The notes under the pieces were generated by a model that was not told where the DNA came from, made no database searches, and was given only the letters and a program-made list of their open reading frames with translations. This document shows, one piece after another, positions 1 to 9,587 of a DNA stretch of 64,000 bases (the stretch's first letter is position 1; every line of letters starts with the position of its first letter). The DNA is taken from positions 32,001-96,000 of the forward strand of contig CALKEP010000033.1 in NCBI GenBank assembly GCA_938084645.1, written 5' to 3'. A program made the translations under genes and the position numbers. The DNA comes from an uncultured Phycisphaerales bacterium (GTDB taxonomy: Bacteria; Planctomycetota; Phycisphaerae; Phycisphaerales; SM1A02).

Positions 1-2046
1 CTTGAACGAGACCCGGCAGGGCATGTTGCTCTTGATCAGGCCGGTGACCACGTTCGCCTGCGGTCGCTGGGTCGCGAGGATGAGGTGCATTCCGACGGCT
101 CGCGCCTTCTGGGCGATCCGGACGATCGAATGCTCGACCTCCTTGTTGGTCATCATCAGGTCGGCGAGTTCGTCGATGACGAACACCATGTACGGAAGCT
201 TCTTCGGCAGCTTCGCCCATTCGACGTCGTTCGCGGGTTCGAAGGCCTCGCGAAGCTCGTCCTCGGTGAGGTCGTTGTATCCGCGGATGTCGCGCACGCC
301 CGCTTCTCGAAGCAGTTCGTACCGTTCCTCCATCTTGCCGACCGCCCATTCGAGGATCGCCGCGGCCTTGCCCATCTCGGTGATCACGGGGCACATCAGG
401 TGCGGGATGTCGGAGAACTGGCTCATCTCGACCATCTTGGGATCGACGAGACAGAGCTTGAGTTCGTCGGGCCGCTTGGTGTAGAGCCAGGACATGATGA
501 TCGTGTTCATGCACACGCTCTTGCCGCTGCCGGTGGTGCCTGCGATGAGCATGTGCGGCATCTTGGAGAGGTCGACCACGAGGGGATCGCCCGCGGAGTC
601 CTTCCCGAGGAACATCGGCAGCACCATTTCGCGGGAGCGGCCGCTCGACATGAGCTCCTTGAGTCGCACCTTCTCCTTCTTGGTGTTGGGCACTTCGATG
701 CCCACCGTGCTCTTGCCCGCCATGTTTGGAATGATGCGGATGTTCTGGGCCTGCAGGGCGCGGGCGATGTCGCTGGAGATCGCGTTGAGTCGCGCGACCC
801 GGGTGCCGGGTGCGAGAAGGATCGCGTACAAGGTGACCACCGGGCCGCTCTCGATGCCTGCGACCTCGGCGTCGATCTGGAAGGTTCGCAGGGCCTCTTC
901 GAGGATGCCGGCCTGTTCTCGAACCGTCGACTCCATGGAAGCCGAATAGTCGCCTTCGGGATCTTCGAGCTGATCGAGGGTGGGGAACTGGTATCCCTCG
1001 AAGTTCTCTTCCCGGGGGATGTCCTCGTCGCGCACCACCTCGGTCACGGCGGCTGCCATGCGGACTGGAAGTCGCTCGATCTTTCGTCGGAGCTCATCCG
1101 CGGAGGCTCGTGGCGTGGGCGGGGTCGTTGCAGTGTCCGACGCTTCCTCTTCCTCTTCTTCCTCTTCCTCTTCCTCTTCCTCTTCTTCTTCCTCCTCGAC
1201 GTCATCGCCATACCAGGCGTCCTCGTCGTCCTCCTCTTCTTCCTCCTCTTCTTCCGCGTCGCGCCGAGTCTCGTCGTTGAGCCACGCCTCGACCATCTCC
1301 GGAGGAATGCCGGCGGGCTGGAGGGTCGATCGGCGACCCACAAGTCGTTCGACCACGTGTCCGATGCCTCGGAAGGGTGCGGCGATCGCAGTTCGAATCG
1401 GGTCGAGGTCGATCCCCCGTGCGGCTTCGACCGATCGGATCATGGCGGCGGGAACCCGCAGAAGAAGCTCGTCCGCGGCGACGAGCAGGCCGAGGAGCAG
1501 GCCCGTGAGCAGGATGAGCGAAGCGCCGACGGGACCGAACCGGCTCGCCAGCGCGGCATCGAGTTCGGCGGGAAGGAGTCCGGCTTCGAGGCCGGGGATC
1601 GGGCCGGCATGCGGCCAGATCGAGACGATCCAGGCATCATGAAGACCGCCGAGCATCACGGCGGCGAGAAGCGTTCCAAGCGTTCGGACCAGGGGATGCG
1701 TGATCTGGTGCCCGCGGACGATCGCGATCAGCGCCACCGCCGCCATGCCAAGGACGAGCCACACGCCCCAGCCGAGGGTCACGTAGGACCACCAGGCGAT
1801 CAGGCTTCCCACGATTCCGGCGGGGTTCGAGGCAGGGTCGGCGTGTCGCGCGACGGAGGTCGAGGGCCAGTCGGCGATGTCGAATCCAGAGAAGGACACC
1901 GCGACGAAGACCCAGGCGGCGGCGGCGATGAGCCAGAGGATCCGCCGAAGCAGGGTGGACTCGGTCGCCTCCGGGGTGGCCGGGGCACGGCGGCCGGTCG
2001 ATCGAGTGCTGGTGCGGGTTCGTGACGGCGACTTCTTGCGTGGCAT
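1..2046 (-). CDS. ftsK: DNA translocase FtsK/SpoIIIE (C-terminus runs off the window start)
   Basis: Minus-strand frame read manually from ATG at 2046: N-terminal hydrophobic segments, acidic linker, Walker A IAGTTGSGKSV, DEFADL Walker B region, ATQRP and NMPCRVSFK motifs. Not in the ORF track because its stop is outside the window. Confidence 0.93.
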   Translation of the reverse strand, partial: MPRKKSPSRTRTSTRSTGRRAPATPEATESTLLRRILWLIAAAAWVFVAVSFSGFDIADWPSTSVARHADPASNPAGIVGSLIAWWSYVTLGWGVWLVLGMAAVALIAIVRGHQITHPLVRTLGTLLAAVMLGGLHDAWIVSIWPHAGPIPGLEAGLLPAELDAALASRFGPVGASLILLTGLLLGLLVAADELLLRVPAAMIRSVEAARGIDLDPIRTAIAAPFRGIGHVVERLVGRRSTLQPAGIPPEMVEAWLNDETRRDAEEEEEEEEDDEDAWYGDDVEEEEEEEEEEEEEEEEEEASDTATTPPTPRASADELRRKIERLPVRMAAAVTEVVRDEDIPREENFEGYQFPTLDQLEDPEGDYSASMESTVREQAGILEEALRTFQIDAEVAGIESGPVVTLYAILLAPGTRVARLNAISSDIARALQAQNIRIIPNMAGKSTVGIEVPNTKKEKVRLKELMSSGRSREMVLPMFLGKDSAGDPLVVDLSKMPHMLIAGTTGSGKSVCMNTIIMSWLYTKRPDELKLCLVDPKMVEMSQFSDIPHLMCPVITEMGKAAAILEWAVGKMEERYELLREAGVRDIRGYNDLTEDELREAFEPANDVEWAKLPKKLPYMVFVIDELADLMMTNKEVEHSIVRIAQKARAVGMHLILATQRPQANVVTGLIKSNMPCRVSFK
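1144..1254 (-). repeat. GAA/GAG low-complexity repeat encoding poly-Glu linker of FtsK
   Basis: (TTCCTC)n-type run on + strand; translates as an E8 run and an E18 run. Confidence 0.85.
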
Positions 2047-2285
2047 GACCCCCTTTCATCGGCCTTCCTGCGATTCGGGCCGCATGTTTCGGTGCCCACG
2101 AAGTTCGGGCGACGGCGGTGGGACGGTGGAACCGGCTACCAAAACGACCGATAACATCGAATATCGGCTTTCCCGGCGATGTGGAGCCGATTCGAGGTGG
2201 CCTCATCGCCGCGAACCGCCCCGCAGGCGGTCGGGGAAAGGGCGTCGGCGTCCTCGATGATCGCACCAAGCCCGAAGCCTGCGGA

Positions 2286-2291
2286 TATCCT
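2286..2291 (+). promoter_or_regulatory. -10-like hexamer TATCCT (leaderless-type position)
   Basis: 8 nt before ATG 2300; no SD visible. Confidence 0.5.
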
Positions 2292-2299
2292 CCCCGCCC

Positions 2300-2746
2300 A
2301 TGCGATTCAGGCTCATCGATCAAGTGCTCGAGCAGTCGGACACCCGGATCATCGCCGTCAAGAACGTCACGAGTGCCGAGGAGTACCTCGGAGACCACTT
2401 CCCGACGTTCCCGGTGCTTCCCGGCGTGTTCATGCTCGAGGCGCTCGTCCAGGCGGGACGAAGGCTGCTCGGCGACGATGGTCGTCGATTCGTGCTCGGT
2501 GGCGTCAAGGCGCTCCGGTACGGGACCTTCGTGAAGCCCGGGGAGACGCTTCGCCTGCAGGTCGACCTCCTGAAAAGGCTCGATGGAGACGCCGTGTCCT
2601 TCAAAGGGGCCGGTGCCGTCATTTCCCCCGGAGCGGGAGCCGACGGCGGCGACACCGCGGTGTCCGGTCGCTTTACAATGCGACCAATCAGAATCGCGGT
2701 GCCCGAGGCCGCGGCGATCGCCGGCGATGGATCGCCGGCCGTTTGA
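2300..2746 (+). CDS. FabA/FabZ-family 3-hydroxyacyl-ACP dehydratase (hot-dog fold)
   Basis: MRFRLID start, AVKNV, YLGDHFPTFPVLPGVFMLE with catalytic His/Glu, VKPGETL. Confidence 0.88.
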   Translation: MRFRLIDQVLEQSDTRIIAVKNVTSAEEYLGDHFPTFPVLPGVFMLEALVQAGRRLLGDDGRRFVLGGVKALRYGTFVKPGETLRLQVDLLKRLDGDAVSFKGAGAVISPGAGADGGDTAVSGRFTMRPIRIAVPEAAAIAGDGSPAV

Positions 2747-2837
2747 ATCAGACGACCACGATCCGCTCGGCGGGTCGGTTCGTGAAGCCCGATCGGTCCC
2801 GACTCCTGAAGTCGTTCGGACCGGCAAGGAGACGACC

Positions 2838-3230
2838 ATGGCGGTCATCAGTCGCGACGAGATTTTCGACAAGATCAAGGACGTGCTCGAGAACGCGCTC
2901 GGCGCGGACTCGGACGAGATCACCATGGACGCGACCTTGATCGGCGATCTCGGAGCGGAGTCGATCGACTTCCTCGACATCAGCTTCAAGCTGGAGCAGG
3001 AGTTCTCGATCAAGATCGATCAAGGGGAGCTCTTCCCCGAGAACCTCATGTCCGACGACACGCTCGTGGTCGATGGCAAGCTGACCGACAAGGCGATGGA
3101 GATCCTCCGCGAGAAGATGCCCCACGTCGACTTCACGAAGCTCGACGAGCAGCGGTCCGTCGACCAGCTCTCCGAGGTCTTCACGGTCGCGAGTCTCGTC
3201 GACTTCATCGAGCGCAAGACCGCGGCCTGA
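2838..3230 (+). CDS. Extended acyl carrier protein (130 aa)
   Basis: AAGGAG SD then ATG 2838; DLGAESIDFLDI phosphopantetheine-site motif; LEQEFSIKI; terminal TVASLVDFI. Confidence 0.9.
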   Translation: MAVISRDEIFDKIKDVLENALGADSDEITMDATLIGDLGAESIDFLDISFKLEQEFSIKIDQGELFPENLMSDDTLVVDGKLTDKAMEILREKMPHVDFTKLDEQRSVDQLSEVFTVASLVDFIERKTAA

Positions 3231-3266
3231 TCCGCGGCGACGTTTCCTCAACGAGGAGTACCGCCC

Positions 3267-3785
3267 GTGCGGTGGATGTGGATCGACACCATCACGGCGT
3301 TCGAGGAGGGGACCCGCATGCACGCGGTGAAGAACCTCTCCCTCGCCGAGGAACACCTTCACGACCATTTCGATGGCAGTGACGGCTTGGAGCCCTGCGC
3401 GGTGATGCCGGGCAGCCTGATCGTCGAGGGCATGGCCCAGACGGCGGGAATCCTCGTCGGATCCGTCAACCGGTTCCGGGAGAAGGTCGTGCTCGCCAAG
3501 ATCTCGAAGGTCGAGCTCGATCAGGACGCGGTTCCCGGTCAGTGTCTCCGTTACGAAGCGGAGATCGAACGGATGGACGGCGTCGGGGCGAGCACCACGG
3601 GCGTCGTTCGCCGGCTTGATCACGCCGACGGCGAATGGCACGAGATCGGAAGGATCGATCTCATCTTCAGCCACATCGACAACAACACCGGTGGTCGCGA
3701 ATTCCCGGAGGAGAACTTCGTGTTCAGCGACAACTTCCGGCAGATACTCGTCGCCGCGGGCCTGGATCGCCTGATCGACCAGTGA
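3267..3785 (+). CDS. Second FabA/FabZ-family dehydratase
   Basis: MRWMWID start, AVKNLS, HDHF...MPGSLIVEGMAQ; GAGGAG SD upstream. Confidence 0.85.
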   Translation: MRWMWIDTITAFEEGTRMHAVKNLSLAEEHLHDHFDGSDGLEPCAVMPGSLIVEGMAQTAGILVGSVNRFREKVVLAKISKVELDQDAVPGQCLRYEAEIERMDGVGASTTGVVRRLDHADGEWHEIGRIDLIFSHIDNNTGGREFPEENFVFSDNFRQILVAAGLDRLIDQ

Positions 3786-3885
3786 ATCGCGGCCTTGCAC
3801 CAGCATCATGATCGCCCCGGGTTCCGCCGCCCTCGTCGGCCGCGGGATTCCACCTCGTTCACCTCACGATTCCAAGGAACAATCC

Positions 3886-4416
3886 ATGCCCAGACTCTCG
3901 CTGATCGAACCCGCGGCCGCCGAAGGCGCCGCCGCTGCCATCCTTGCCGGCGCACCGATCAACATCTTCAAGGGGATGGCGAACAACCCCGTGATGATGG
4001 AGGGCCTGATGGCGATGGCGGGCGCGATCGCGAAGAGCGGCGCGATCTCGCCGCTCGAGGCGGAGGCGGTCATGCTCCGCGTTTCCGAACGCAACGGTTG
4101 CGGGTACTGCCTGGCGGCGCACACCAAGATCGCTTCCGGCGTGGGTGCGGACGATGCGAAGGCCGAGTCCTTCCGACGCGGCGAAGGAACCGACGATCGG
4201 GAACGGGCGCTGCTTCGATTCGTCGACGCGGTGGTCGAGAAGGACGGGTCGATCGAGGATGCCCAGCTGGAGGCGTTCCGGGCGGCCGGGTTCGACGATG
4301 CCGCCGTGGTGGAGGTGATCGCCGCGATCGCGTGGATGACGTTCACCAATCTCTTCAATCACGTCAACCAGACCGAAGTCGACTTTCCACCGGTCGTGAT
4401 CCCCGTCGGGGCCTGA
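3886..4416 (+). CDS. AhpD/carboxymuconolactone decarboxylase family alkylhydroperoxidase
   Basis: VSERNGCGYCLAAH (CxxC..H) motif and C-terminal VDFP; AAGGA SD before ATG 3886. Confidence 0.88.
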   Translation: MPRLSLIEPAAAEGAAAAILAGAPINIFKGMANNPVMMEGLMAMAGAIAKSGAISPLEAEAVMLRVSERNGCGYCLAAHTKIASGVGADDAKAESFRRGEGTDDRERALLRFVDAVVEKDGSIEDAQLEAFRAAGFDDAAVVEVIAAIAWMTFTNLFNHVNQTEVDFPPVVIPVGA

Positions 4417-4442
4417 CCGGTGATCCCTCGCGGTCGGCGCGC

Positions 4443-4593
4443 GGAAGTGGCCCCGAACGGGGAGGCAGACCGTTGCGGGGCCGATCCAGGGCACTTCCAG
4501 TGGACCGCTCCTCGCCCTGATCCGAACCGTGGAGCGATCCACTTCGGATGAAGGCCGGAGCGACCCGGCGTTCGAGGCGGTTGGCCGTCGAAC
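4443..4593. other. Multi-hairpin intergenic element, candidate structured RNA
   Basis: Stems GGAAGTG/CACTTCC, GGCCCCG-AACGG/CCGTT-G-CGGGGCC, AGTGGA-C-CGCTCC/GGAGCG-A-TCCACT, GCCGG/CCGGC, GTTCGA/TCGAAC. Confidence 0.4.
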
Positions 4594-4706
4594 ACCGTGA
4601 AGACTGTCGATTCCTCGATTCGCGGGACAAGCGGGGGATGTGGAAACGGGCGCGGATTCCGCGCTTGAGGGTGGGTCTGTTCCATCTGGAGGCGTTCTCG
4701 TGCCGG

Positions 4707-4712
4707 TACAAT
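4707..4712 (+). promoter_or_regulatory. -10-like hexamer TACAAT (leaderless-type position)
   Basis: 7 nt before GTG 4720 of coaD; no SD. Confidence 0.6.
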
Positions 4713-4719
4713 CCGCACC

Positions 4720-5295
4720 GTGAGCAAGACCCCGACCACGACACCCGACGCTCGTCACCTCGCCATCTACACGGGGTCGTTCGATCCCATCACGTTGGGC
4801 CATCTCGACGTCCTGCGGCGGGCCCGCTCGATGTTCGACGAGATCGTCGTCGCGATCGGCCGCAATCCCGAGAAAGCGCCGCTCTTCGTGATGGAGGAGC
4901 GGGCCGAGATGGTTCGCAACGCCATCGCCGCCGACGAAGTGGAGGGCGCCGCGGTGCGGGTCGAGACGTACGAGGGGCTCACCGTCGACTTCGCCCGACG
5001 TGTCGGCGCCTGTGCGATCATCCGCGGCATTCGAAACTCGACCGACCTCGCCAACGAATCGCAGCTCGCCATCACCAATCGGAAGATCGCCGGAACCGAG
5101 ACGGTGTTCATCGTCTCGGGCGAGGAGTACGCCTACACCTCGAGCAGTCTCATCCGCCAGATGGCGGCGCTCGGCGCGTCGATCGAGCAACTCGCGACCT
5201 TCGTTCCACCGGTGGTGTTCGACGCCATCCGCGACAAGCAGCGTGATCCCGCCCATCCGCTCGGTGCATTCAGCCGGGACCCGCTCGTCGATTGA
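4720..5295 (+). CDS. coaD: Pantetheine-phosphate adenylyltransferase
   Basis: AIYTGSFDPITLGHLD, IIRGIR, ETVF, SSSLIRQ motifs. Confidence 0.95.
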   Translation: MSKTPTTTPDARHLAIYTGSFDPITLGHLDVLRRARSMFDEIVVAIGRNPEKAPLFVMEERAEMVRNAIAADEVEGAAVRVETYEGLTVDFARRVGACAIIRGIRNSTDLANESQLAITNRKIAGTETVFIVSGEEYAYTSSSLIRQMAALGASIEQLATFVPPVVFDAIRDKQRDPAHPLGAFSRDPLVD

Positions 5296-5335
5296 TCACG
5301 CACCCCGCCGCAGGCGGGACAGGAAGCCACAGACC

Positions 5336-6034
5336 ATGTCAGTCGAAGTCCGGATCATCTCGATCGGCGCGCTCGCCAGTCACCCGCTCCGAAACGAAGC
5401 AGGGAACCGACGCCCGGGTCACGCCACCACCACCCTCATCACGGCAGGCGATCGCCGGCTTCTCATCGATCCGAGCCTGCCTCCCGATCATCTTCGGCAG
5501 CGTCTCGACGAGCGGACGGGGCTGGGTCCGGATGCGGTGACCGACGTCTTCCTCACGGATCTCCGACCGGACCGTCGGCGGGGGCTCGAGCTGTTTCCCG
5601 AAGCGCAGTGGCTGGTGGGCGAGGTCGAGCGTGACGCGTATCGCGCTGCCCTGCGGGAGAAGATGGTCGAGCTCGACGACGTCGACGAGCTCGATCGGGA
5701 CACCGAGCGGCTCCTCGAGGAGGAGGAGCGGATCGTGACGCGATTCGGGGCCGCGCCCGACCAGATCATCGAGGGCGTGGACCTCTTCCCCTTGCCCGGC
5801 GTGACGCCGGGCCTCTGCGGACTCCTGCTTCCGCTGCCGAAGGTCACGATCCTGTTATGCGGGGATGCGGTGGCCACGCTCGAGCATCTCGAACAAGGGG
5901 CCGTCCTGCCGCACGTGGCGGACCTGGAAAAGGCGACCGAGAGTTTCCGCGAGGCGGTCGAGATCGCGGACATGCTCGTCCTCGGTCGGGACAACATCGT
6001 TCCGAATCCCGTCAGGCCGATGGGACTGGGGTGA
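5336..6034 (+). CDS. Metallo-beta-lactamase-fold protein with degenerate metal ligands
   Basis: TTTLI...LLIDP, VFLTDLRPDR, LPGVTPG, LCGDAV follow the MBL motif order but lack the His ligands. Confidence 0.75.
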   Translation: MSVEVRIISIGALASHPLRNEAGNRRPGHATTTLITAGDRRLLIDPSLPPDHLRQRLDERTGLGPDAVTDVFLTDLRPDRRRGLELFPEAQWLVGEVERDAYRAALREKMVELDDVDELDRDTERLLEEEERIVTRFGAAPDQIIEGVDLFPLPGVTPGLCGLLLPLPKVTILLCGDAVATLEHLEQGAVLPHVADLEKATESFREAVEIADMLVLGRDNIVPNPVRPMGLG

Positions 6035-6071
6035 ATTCGAGGATCGATTTCGCATCGGTGGTCGAAGCATC

Positions 6072-6077
6072 TAGAAT
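6072..6077 (+). promoter_or_regulatory. -10-like hexamer TAGAAT (leaderless-type position)
   Basis: 6 nt before ATG 6084 of panB. Confidence 0.6.
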
Positions 6078-6083
6078 GTGGTG

Positions 6084-6956
6084 ATGAGCTCCCGAGTCGA
6101 CGAACCACCCCAGCCGTCGTCCCCCCCCGGACTCCCGGAACGGATCACGCTCCGCGATCTGCGCCGATGGCGGCGCGAAGACGTCGTGTTTCCGTGCCTC
6201 ACCGCCTACGACGCGACCATGGCGCGGTGGCTCGCCCGAGCCGGCGTTCCGGTGATGCTGGTCGGCGACTCCGCGGCGGAGGTCGTCCTCGGTCTTCCCA
6301 GCACCACGCACGCGCCGCTTGACTTCCTTCTGCAGATCACGGCGGCGGTCCGTCGCGGCGCGCCCAACGCCTTCGTCGTCGGCGACATGCCGTTCATGAG
6401 TTATCACCTCGACGAACACGAAGCGGTCGCCAATGCGGCGCGATTCATGGTCGAGGGCAACGCCGACGCGGTGAAACTCGAGGCGGATGCTCGGTTCGCC
6501 TCGGTCTTCGAGCGTCTCTCCCGGGCCGGGATCCCGGCGATCGCCCACGTCGGATGCCTTCCCCAGCAGGTCCATCTGCACGGTGGCTACAAGGTCGCCG
6601 GTCGCACGGCGGAATCCGTCCGACGCGTGGTGGAGGACGCCCGGACCCTCGTCGAGGCGGGCGCGGTCGCGGTGCTCGCCGAAGCGACGACCGCGGAAAC
6701 GGCGGCGAAGGTCGTCGAGGCCGTGGACGTCCCGGTGATCGGATGCGGTGCGGGTCCGGCCTGTCACGGCCAGATCGTGGTCACGCAGGACATCCTCGGG
6801 CTCAGCGACTGGCAGCCCAGTTTCGCGGGCAGGGAGGGCCGGATCGGCCCGTCCGTGCAGGCCGTCGTGGAACAGTGGTGTGAAAAGGTCCGTCGCCGGG
6901 AACTCGATCACGATTACGAGATGTTCGACGGCGAGGCGAACCGGCTCGAGGGCTGA
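6084..6956 (+). CDS. panB: 3-methyl-2-oxobutanoate hydroxymethyltransferase
   Basis: LTAYDA, LVGDS, VGDMPFMSY, AVKLE, AHVG, IGCGAG, GQIVV motifs. Confidence 0.95.
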   Translation: MSSRVDEPPQPSSPPGLPERITLRDLRRWRREDVVFPCLTAYDATMARWLARAGVPVMLVGDSAAEVVLGLPSTTHAPLDFLLQITAAVRRGAPNAFVVGDMPFMSYHLDEHEAVANAARFMVEGNADAVKLEADARFASVFERLSRAGIPAIAHVGCLPQQVHLHGGYKVAGRTAESVRRVVEDARTLVEAGAVAVLAEATTAETAAKVVEAVDVPVIGCGAGPACHGQIVVTQDILGLSDWQPSFAGREGRIGPSVQAVVEQWCEKVRRRELDHDYEMFDGEANRLEG

Positions 6957-7139
6957 TTCGCGATCGGATTTCGCCGACCGTTTCAGGTCCGATCCCGCGG
7001 ATCTTGCCTCCAGAGGGCTTTTTTCGCGAATCCGAGGGCGGTTTCGCCGGTTGACGAACCAGCCCACCTCCGTTTTCCGAAGAAGTCGGGGGCGGCGTCA
7101 GCCGTTCGAGTCGAGAACACCGTTGGAGCACCCGCGCCC

Positions 7140-8645
7140 ATGAGTCGAATCAAGCACGTCGGTCCCGCCATCGTGGTCGCCACCACGATCGTGGCAGCGC
7201 TCTTCGCGGGACCCGCCGCCATTCGAGGGGTGGTGACCGCAAGCACCCGCGCCGACATCGCGAAGGCGTCCGCCCGCCTCCAGAACGGAAACGTGCTCGA
7301 GGCGATCTCGGAGGCACAGCGCGACATCGCCACGGTGGTCGAGCCGTCGGTCGTGCACGTCTCCAGCCAGGGCTCGGTCGGGAACGGATCGCGGTTCGGC
7401 CAGTTCGCGTCGACCGGATCCGGCTGGATCTGGGACGAGGCCGGACACGTCGTGACGAACGCACACGTGGTCGAGGCAGCGGACGAGATCGAGATCCAGT
7501 TGCACGACGGCGAGGTCCGATCCGCGGAGGTGCTCGGACTCGACCTTCGAAGCGACATCGCGGTGGTCAAGATCGCGCCGGGCAATCTCATACCCGCGCT
7601 CCGCGGTGAGAGCCGGGGCGTCCGTCAGGGGGACATCGCGTTCGCGTTCGGTTCACCCTTCGACTTCCGATTCTCGATGTCGAGCGGCATCGTCTCCGGC
7701 CTCGGCCGGGCGGCCGGGCTCGACGACATCGATTACGAGAACTTCATCCAGGTCGACGCGGCGATCAATCCCGGGAACTCCGGCGGTCCGCTGACCGACG
7801 CCCAGGGTCGCGTGATCGGCATGAACACCGCCATCGCGACCGGTCGTGGCAACACCATCGGACAAGGGCAGTTCGCAGGCATCGGACTCGCGATCCCCAT
7901 GTCGCAGATCACCGCGGTCGTCGAGCAGGTCATCGAAACGGGCGAGGTCCAGAAGGGCTTTCTCGGGGTCGGACTCGCGGCGACCGTCTCGATGGATCTC
8001 CAGCGGGCCGCCGCGTTCGGCGGCCGGGCGGCGGCGTTCCGCCCCTTCGCCGAAGCGATCATCGAGGCCTACGAGGGCGAGGGGGTCGCGGTGACCGCGG
8101 TCGAACAGGGATATCCCGCGGAACTCGCGGGGATCCGGGTCGGCGACGTCATCGAGCAGGTGGATGGTCGCCGGGTCCGTGGGCTGGAGCAGTTGAAGTC
8201 GATGATCTCCTCCGGACGTCCCGGCGATGTCGCGGTGCTCGACATCTGGAGGATCGATCTCGACACCGGTGAGTCCGAGACGAGATCGATCGAAGTGGTG
8301 CTTGGACGACTCGACCCGATCATGTCGAGCCTCGCGGCCCAGCGGCTTCGTGATCTCGGGCTGGTGGAGCTCGCCACCTCGACCCGCGACCGAGCCGAGG
8401 AGGCCGGCGTGGAGTTCCAATCGGGAGTCATCGTGCTCGATTCCGATCCTCGGACCCAGATCGGCCAGGTCTTCCCCCGCGGCTCCATCCTCCTCGAGGC
8501 CGGTGGTCGCCCGATCGGCTCGTATGACGAGCTTCTGGCCCGATTGGACCGGCTCATGGTGCGGCTTTCCCGTCGTCAGGGATCGGTCCCCATCGTGGGC
8601 GTTCGGCCGGATGGCGAACGAGTCGCCCTCGATCTCGGATCCTGA
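7140..8645 (+). CDS. DegP/HtrA-family serine protease with PDZ domain(s)
   Basis: N-terminal hydrophobic anchor, VTNAHVV, SDIAV, FIQVDAAINPGNSGGPL, GFLGV PDZ start. Confidence 0.93.
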   Translation: MSRIKHVGPAIVVATTIVAALFAGPAAIRGVVTASTRADIAKASARLQNGNVLEAISEAQRDIATVVEPSVVHVSSQGSVGNGSRFGQFASTGSGWIWDEAGHVVTNAHVVEAADEIEIQLHDGEVRSAEVLGLDLRSDIAVVKIAPGNLIPALRGESRGVRQGDIAFAFGSPFDFRFSMSSGIVSGLGRAAGLDDIDYENFIQVDAAINPGNSGGPLTDAQGRVIGMNTAIATGRGNTIGQGQFAGIGLAIPMSQITAVVEQVIETGEVQKGFLGVGLAATVSMDLQRAAAFGGRAAAFRPFAEAIIEAYEGEGVAVTAVEQGYPAELAGIRVGDVIEQVDGRRVRGLEQLKSMISSGRPGDVAVLDIWRIDLDTGESETRSIEVVLGRLDPIMSSLAAQRLRDLGLVELATSTRDRAEEAGVEFQSGVIVLDSDPRTQIGQVFPRGSILLEAGGRPIGSYDELLARLDRLMVRLSRRQGSVPIVGVRPDGERVALDLGS

Positions 8646-8704
8646 GACGCCGGGCTCATTGAAATCACCCCGATCCGCCGCCCCAGTCGCGGCCTCGGAA
8701 CCGG

Positions 8705-8710
8705 TAGCAT
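8705..8710 (+). promoter_or_regulatory. -10-like hexamer TAGCAT (leaderless-type position)
   Basis: 7 nt before ATG 8718. Confidence 0.5.
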
Positions 8711-8717
8711 CTGAAGC

Positions 8718-9587
8718 ATGTCCCCGTCTCCAAACACGTCCAACGGCTCGCCCGATCGTCCGCTCCTCGAGGTCAAGGACCTCAAGACCCACTTTCCCGT
8801 GAAGCGTGGGATCTTCCAGCGGACCGTCGACCATGTTCGCGCGGTCGACGGGGTCAGCTTCGACCTCGGCGTCGGCGAGACGCTCGGTCTCGTGGGCGAG
8901 TCGGGGTGTGGCAAGACCACCGTCGGGCGAACGATTCTCCGGTTGATCGAAGCCACGAGCGGCGAGGTGCGTTTCGAAGGCAACCCGGTGTTCGAGCAGT
9001 CCGCGACCGAAATGCGGGCGCTGCGCCGTGAGATGCAGATCATCTTCCAGGACCCGGGCGGATCCCTGAACCCGCGGATGCGGGTCGGACGGCTCGTCGG
9101 TGAGCCGCTCGTGGTGCATGGGATGGCCAGTGGCGACGAACTCCGCGATCGGGTGGAGAAACTGCTCGAGCGGTGCGGGCTCTGGAAGCAGGCGGCGGAT
9201 CGCTACCCGCACGAATTCAGCGGTGGACAGCGGCAGCGGATCGGAATCGCCCGGGCGCTGGCGGTCGAGCCTCGGCTCATCGTCTGCGACGAGCCCACCT
9301 CGGCCCTGGACGTCTCGATCCAGTCGCAGATCCTGAACCTGCTGGACGATCTCCAGGAGGAGTTCGATCTCAGCTATCTGTTCATCAGCCACGACATGGC
9401 GGTGGTCCATCACGTCTGTGACCGGATCGCGGTCATGTACAACGGGAAGATCGTCGAGGTCGGGACACGCGATCAGGTGATCCACGATCCGCAGCATCCC
9501 TACACCAAGGCACTTCTCTCGGCGGTTCCCGAGCCGGATCCTCGCCGGGAGCGAGTCCGCGTCGAGTGGGAAGGGATGCGGATGTGA
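8718..9587 (+). CDS. Oligopeptide/dipeptide ABC transporter ATP-binding subunit (OppF/DppF-like), no partner subunits adjacent
   Basis: [41 protein letters not shown]. Confidence 0.93.
   Translation: MSPSPNTSNGSPDRPLLEVKDLKTHFPVKRGIFQRTVDHVRAVDGVSFDLGVGETLGLVGESGCGKTTVGRTILRLIEATSGEVRFEGNPVFEQSATEMRALRREMQIIFQDPGGSLNPRMRVGRLVGEPLVVHGMASGDELRDRVEKLLERCGLWKQAADRYPHEFSGGQRQRIGIARALAVEPRLIVCDEPTSALDVSIQSQILNLLDDLQEEFDLSYLFISHDMAVVHHVCDRIAVMYNGKIVEVGTRDQVIHDPQHPYTKALLSAVPEPDPRRERVRVEWEGMRM

Noticed and set aside
85..2025. 646-aa plus-strand ORF
   Set aside because: Antisense shadow of ftsK, which carries the recognisable motifs.
4465..4525. Cobalamin riboswitch on the minus strand (GGCCCCGCAACGGT)
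   Set aside because: The GGGAA..GGTG..AA.TCC core and B12 box are missing, and no same-strand gene lies downstream.
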